Both the position numbers and the translations under genes were made by a program. Shown here in pieces: positions 24,175 to 27,359 of a stretch of DNA of 27,359 nt (the stretch's first letter is position 1; each line of letters opens with the position of its first letter). This DNA is from a virus (Duplodnaviria > Caudoviricetes): the IMG/VR virus record IMGVR_UViG_3300025389_000093, positions 1 to 27,359 of that record. One strand, written 5' to 3'. The notes under the pieces are model-generated. The model saw nothing but the letters and a program-made list of their open reading frames with translations, was not told where the DNA came from and did not search any database.

Positions 24175-25501
24175 AATTTGTAAATTGTATTGCGTACCTA
24201 CCAGTACTCTTAACATTCTTTAATTCAAAATACATTCTCATTGCAACACAGTCTCCCAAATCCGGTGATCTTCCTAACATCTTCTTCATCTCATCTTTTG
24301 ACTGTATCCCAACTCTATTGTCTTTATCTATATCCTTTAGTTTAACTGCAAGAAGTTCTTGAGTTAATTCATCTACCAATGTATTGTCTATTAAATTAAT
24401 AGACATTTTACCTTCCTTAAACAACTCACTCAACTTTACATAACACTGACTTTTTAAATTACTGAAGTTCTGTGCAAATAATGCTTTGGAGTTATTTACA
24501 AAATTCAATCCTTTAATCTGATCTGCAACACCGCCTCCGACGCCATCACTATCCACGATCACACTATTACGATGAACCTGATATATATCAATCAATTCTT
24601 CTATCTCCTGAGTAAGTTGTGTTGTATCTAATTTACGGAATATCTTACACTCAATCAATACCAATCCATTCCATATCATAACAACTGATCTATCCGCACC
24701 AAAACGTGCAACGTCAATCGTCATGAATCTTCTGTTATTTGGATTTGGTGCCATATGAAATACAGAATTTGATATACTATCAAAATTAAATAATGCATCA
24801 TCATCCTCCATATAATTCCAATCTCCTTCCAATAATCTTCGTCTTTGAATTAATGGAAGTGCTCTTAACAATTCAATGTAACTATCAGGTAAGTTTGGAT
24901 TATCTGTTGGTAATGCGGGAATAAACGCTTTTGGTGCAGTTAATACTCTTTGAACATATGGGATATAAAATTCTTTCTTTAAGAAGTTTTGACCTGGGTT
25001 ACAAGACATAAACAACTTTGGTGTTAATCCATATTCATCCAATTTAAAACGAAGACGTGATTTTAGAATTGTAGGAACAAGTGCAACAACCTGACTTGCT
25101 TCATCCACAAACGCAGCAGTCAATTCAAGACCAGCAAGACTATCAAAGTTTGGATCTGATGGTTGTGCTTGTAAATCTTTTAATATAATCTCACTCTTAT
25201 TCTTAAATGTAATAATATTACTATGAGCATTATAATTAAAATGGTTTCCTCCTTTCAATCCCATTTTGTTAAATGTTTCAAAAAGGGTGTTAAGTGTCGT
25301 GGTTTTTAATTGAGCCAAAACTGTACGACCTATTAAACATCTAATACCTGGATACTTTAAACATAATGTTGCAATCCATAAACATCCCAAATAACTTTTA
25401 CCTGAACCTGCACTACCTCCATACAAAATTTCTGTATGAATATTATCAAACAATAATTCCCAACAATCAGATTGTTTAGGTGTTAAATTAATTTCCGCCA
25501 A
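24167..25501 (-). CDS. terL: Terminase large subunit
   Basis: Walker A YGGSAGSGKS, Walker B AFVDEA, coupling motif SCNP, DNPNL, RRRLLEGDW, RNase H-like nuclease IDVARFGADRS, GRSPDLGD. Confidence 0.95.
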   Translation of the reverse strand: MAEINLTPKQSDCWELLFDNIHTEILYGGSAGSGKSYLGCLWIATLCLKYPGIRCLIGRTVLAQLKTTTLNTLFETFNKMGLKGGNHFNYNAHSNIITFKNKSEIILKDLQAQPSDPNFDSLAGLELTAAFVDEASQVVALVPTILKSRLRFKLDEYGLTPKLFMSCNPGQNFLKKEFYIPYVQRVLTAPKAFIPALPTDNPNLPDSYIELLRALPLIQRRRLLEGDWNYMEDDDALFNFDSISNSVFHMAPNPNNRRFMTIDVARFGADRSVVMIWNGLVLIECKIFRKLDTTQLTQEIEELIDIYQVHRNSVIVDSDGVGGGVADQIKGLNFVNNSKALFAQNFSNLKSQCYVKLSELFKEGKMSINLIDNTLVDELTQELLAVKLKDIDKDNRVGIQSKDEMKKMLGRSPDLGDCVAMRMYFELKNVKSTGRYAIQFTNYG

Positions 25502-25979
25502 AATCTTTTGGGTTATTACTCAAGTTTATTTTTATATCCAATGGAAGACCATCAGAAGTAATATCTAACTTTCTTTGATCAAGTCCCATAATTCTACTAA
25601 TGTCCCATAGTGTTTCTCTTTCAACTCTCTTGTTTCCATCCTCTCTTGCTCTTTGTAATAGATCCATATATCTACCAACTTGATTGGCAATAATCTCATC
25701 CTGTTTTAACTCTGCTCTTTCCTTTAAAACTTTTTTAACTTTAACCCATACTTGTTTAGCCATATTTTCAGTAATACCATATCTTTTTGGATATTCTTTT
25801 ACAAATTGATCATGAGTTAAGTTTTGATATAAAACCATTTCAATTGCTTCATTTAATCTTTCAAGACTTTGTGAACCAGTTGTCTTTCTTCCTCCCTTTG
25901 CTCTAACAACTTCTTGTTTTGGTTCAGGGATATGTTCCATATCCATTTCTTCTTCGTATGGTACTAATTCATTATCCAT
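25488..25979 (-). CDS. Putative terminase small subunit
   Basis: 163 aa, helical, overlaps the terL start; C-terminal MGLDQRKLDITSDG..L.I.IN tail is TerS-like. Confidence 0.6.
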   Translation of the reverse strand: MDNELVPYEEEMDMEHIPEPKQEVVRAKGGRKTTGSQSLERLNEAIEMVLYQNLTHDQFVKEYPKRYGITENMAKQVWVKVKKVLKERAELKQDEIIANQVGRYMDLLQRAREDGNKRVERETLWDISRIMGLDQRKLDITSDGLPLDIKINLSNNPKDFGGN

Positions 25980-25980
25980 A

Positions 25981-26328
25981 TTAATCTTTTAATTGATCTA
26001 TATAGTGTGCAAACTTTCTACCTTGATTGGCAACACATCCACCACAATCAAATTGAAAATCCTCATTAAAAATGAAACTATATACTTTATTTATAAATTC
26101 TCTTTTATCCAATGGTACACCTTTCATATTTGATAATTCCGCAAACGCAAGTCTAATATCTTGAGGAGTCGGTACCCATATAATTTCAGGTTCAGGTGCA
26201 GGAAGTATAACCTGTTTAACTTCTTTCGCTTTCTTTTTACAAGAAGCACAAGGTTTCTTCTTTACCGTCTTCAATGGATTTTTTATTGCTTCTTCCTTCA
26301 ATTCTTTTAATCTTTCTAATTCGTCCAT
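25981..26328 (-). CDS. Hypothetical protein with two CxxC motifs
   Basis: 115 aa; PCASCKKK and DCGGCV. Confidence 0.6.
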   Translation of the reverse strand: MDELERLKELKEEAIKNPLKTVKKKPCASCKKKAKEVKQVILPAPEPEIIWVPTPQDIRLAFAELSNMKGVPLDKREFINKVYSFIFNEDFQFDCGGCVANQGRKFAHYIDQLKD

Positions 26329-26329
26329 A

Positions 26330-26431
26330 TTATTCTGGTTTTACTGGTTGAGGTGTTGGTGTAGGTTCAGGTGCTTTTACACTTCCCCCTTTGCAACCAC
26401 AACTTTTATATAATTTATCTATCTTATTCAT
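26330..26431 (-). CDS. Small 33-aa protein (CGC motif, Pro-rich)
   Basis: Below the track cutoff. MNKIDKLYKSCGCKGGSVKAPEPTPTPQPVKPE; ATG overlaps the sigma stop (ATGAATAA) and its stop is coupled to the next ATG (TAA-T-ATG). Confidence 0.55.
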   Translation of the reverse strand: MNKIDKLYKSCGCKGGSVKAPEPTPTPQPVKPE

Positions 26432-26942
26432 CTTTTATTCGTTTAAATACATTTAACTTCACCGTTTGTTTAGCTTCCCTGATATAAGTTCCAATACTTG
26501 TAACAGGTATTGTTGTTTGCTTACTCACCGATCTATGTGATCCCAATATCATCCACCTACTGAAAATATCCTTGTGAAACCATCCTAACCCCCCAAATTC
26601 TTCCTCAACTATTTTCATGAACCTTTCATCCGTTTCACTATTATCTTCGACTGGTAGGTCTGTAATGTCTTTTAATTCATTATACAGATCACTTTCCCTT
26701 CTTACCTTTCTATAAAACGGACTGGTTTTACTATACCAATTCGTTGTTATACACCTTACAATATAATATTTTATACTAGAATCATCAAGTTTATCCAATT
26801 TAATCTCATCTTTCTCGTATAATTGAAGTAATACATCTTGTAACAAATCTTGTGCCCATTGACTATTTTCCGTTATTCTAATACAAATTCGTTCAAGTTC
26901 TTTATAATTTCCAACTATGTATAACTCAATTTCCTTCTTCAA
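26424..26942 (-). CDS. ECF-type (group 4) sigma-70 family factor
   Basis: 172 aa; region 2-like AQDLLQDVLLQLYEK...YYIVR and region 4 HTH SHRSVSKQTTIPVTSIGTYIREAK. Confidence 0.7.
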   Translation of the reverse strand: MKKEIELYIVGNYKELERICIRITENSQWAQDLLQDVLLQLYEKDEIKLDKLDDSSIKYYIVRCITTNWYSKTSPFYRKVRRESDLYNELKDITDLPVEDNSETDERFMKIVEEEFGGLGWFHKDIFSRWMILGSHRSVSKQTTIPVTSIGTYIREAKQTVKLNVFKRIKDE

Positions 26943-27198
26943 TATTCAATTGTTTCCTACAATCAAATAACACTGCTGATACTTCATATTGTTCTAGATC
27001 ATTATTACTAATGATTGATGATTCCAATATTTCATCTAAGAATGTTATTCTGTTTATGGTTGGATCTAAATCACGTTCTAATGCTTGAAGTAAGGTATCA
27101 ATGATATTATTACAAATAACCTGTTTCTTTCTTGGTGTAAGGTTAAAATATTCCTTTGGAATATCAACCCATCCCAATTCAACTTGACCTCTTTTCAT
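26926..27198 (-). CDS. Hypothetical protein
   Basis: 90 aa; C-terminal EQYEVSAVLFD.RKQL is reminiscent of a UVR-type helical hairpin; overlaps both neighbours. Confidence 0.55.
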   Translation of the reverse strand: MKRGQVELGWVDIPKEYFNLTPRKKQVICNNIIDTLLQALERDLDPTINRITFLDEILESSIISNNDLEQYEVSAVLFDCRKQLNIEEGN

Positions 27199-27358
27199 CG
27201 TAATAATTCTTAACTAACTTCCTTATTGTGGTGTGAGAACAACTATAAATATAACTCAATTCATAAAAATCTAAACCTTCCTCATGTTTGCGTATTACTT
27301 CTTCGGTATAGTTATGAACCTTGGCGAACTTTCTTCCGGTATTATAATCTCTTCTTAT
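27179..27358 (-). CDS. C-terminal fragment of a protein with an HTH-like segment (5' end outside window)
   Basis: Hand translation: IRRDYNTGRKFAKVHNYTEEVIRKHEEGLDFYELSYIYSCSHTTIRKLVKNYYDEKRSS*; FYELSYIYSCSHTTIRKLV is HTH-like. Confidence 0.5.
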   Translation of the reverse strand: MRRDYNTGRKFAKVHNYTEEVIRKHEEGLDFYELSYIYSCSHTTIRKLVKNYYDEKRSS

Positions 27359-27359
27359 T

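Noticed and set aside
1-27359. Stop-codon reassignment
   Set aside because: Genes are full length and tightly packed under the standard code; TAG (9518) and TGA (4519) occur at sensible gene ends.
1-27359. tRNA, rRNA, integrase, lysis genes or att sites
   Set aside because: None recognised; intergenic gaps are short and largely explained by terminators and the promoter motif. Prophage versus free phage cannot be decided from this window.

Overview
AT-rich window holding a near-complete virion morphogenesis module of a tailed dsDNA phage, all on the minus strand. A Bacteroidota host is inferred from the lack of Shine-Dalgarno motifs, the A-rich TAA-A-ATG/TAA-T-ATG junctions and a TAnnTTT[G/A]-like promoter element. 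Transcription order (right to left): partial HTH protein, hypothetical, ECF-type sigma factor, two small Cys proteins, putative terminase small subunit, terminase large subunit, tail assembly chaperone with a predicted -1 frameshift, a doubled tail-terminator-like protein, Gly-X-Ser repeat fibre 1, neck/tail-completion protein, two tail/baseplate proteins, Gly-X-Ser repeat fibre 2, a putative fibre-tip protein, two Pro-Thr repeat proteins, small protein, tape measure, prohead protease, small ORF, scaffold, major capsid, putative tail tube, hypothetical, portal and a truncated head-tail adaptor. Most notable: (1) the prohead protease looks circularly permuted and has about 490 aa of passenger domains, including histidine-phosphatase and HAD-phosphatase folds, joined by recurring x-x-F/M junctions, suggesting a self-cleaved capsid-cargo polyprotein; (2) a T-TTT-TTT frameshift with a 3' hairpin and a long dual-coding overlap; (3) a shared TATATTTAA motif before six genes, two of them predicted leaderless; (4) a 600-bp gene cassette bounded by direct repeats; (5) proline-free, nearly uncharged Gly-X-Y fibres with recent in-frame duplications. 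All functional calls come from motif recognition and synteny; no searches were run.
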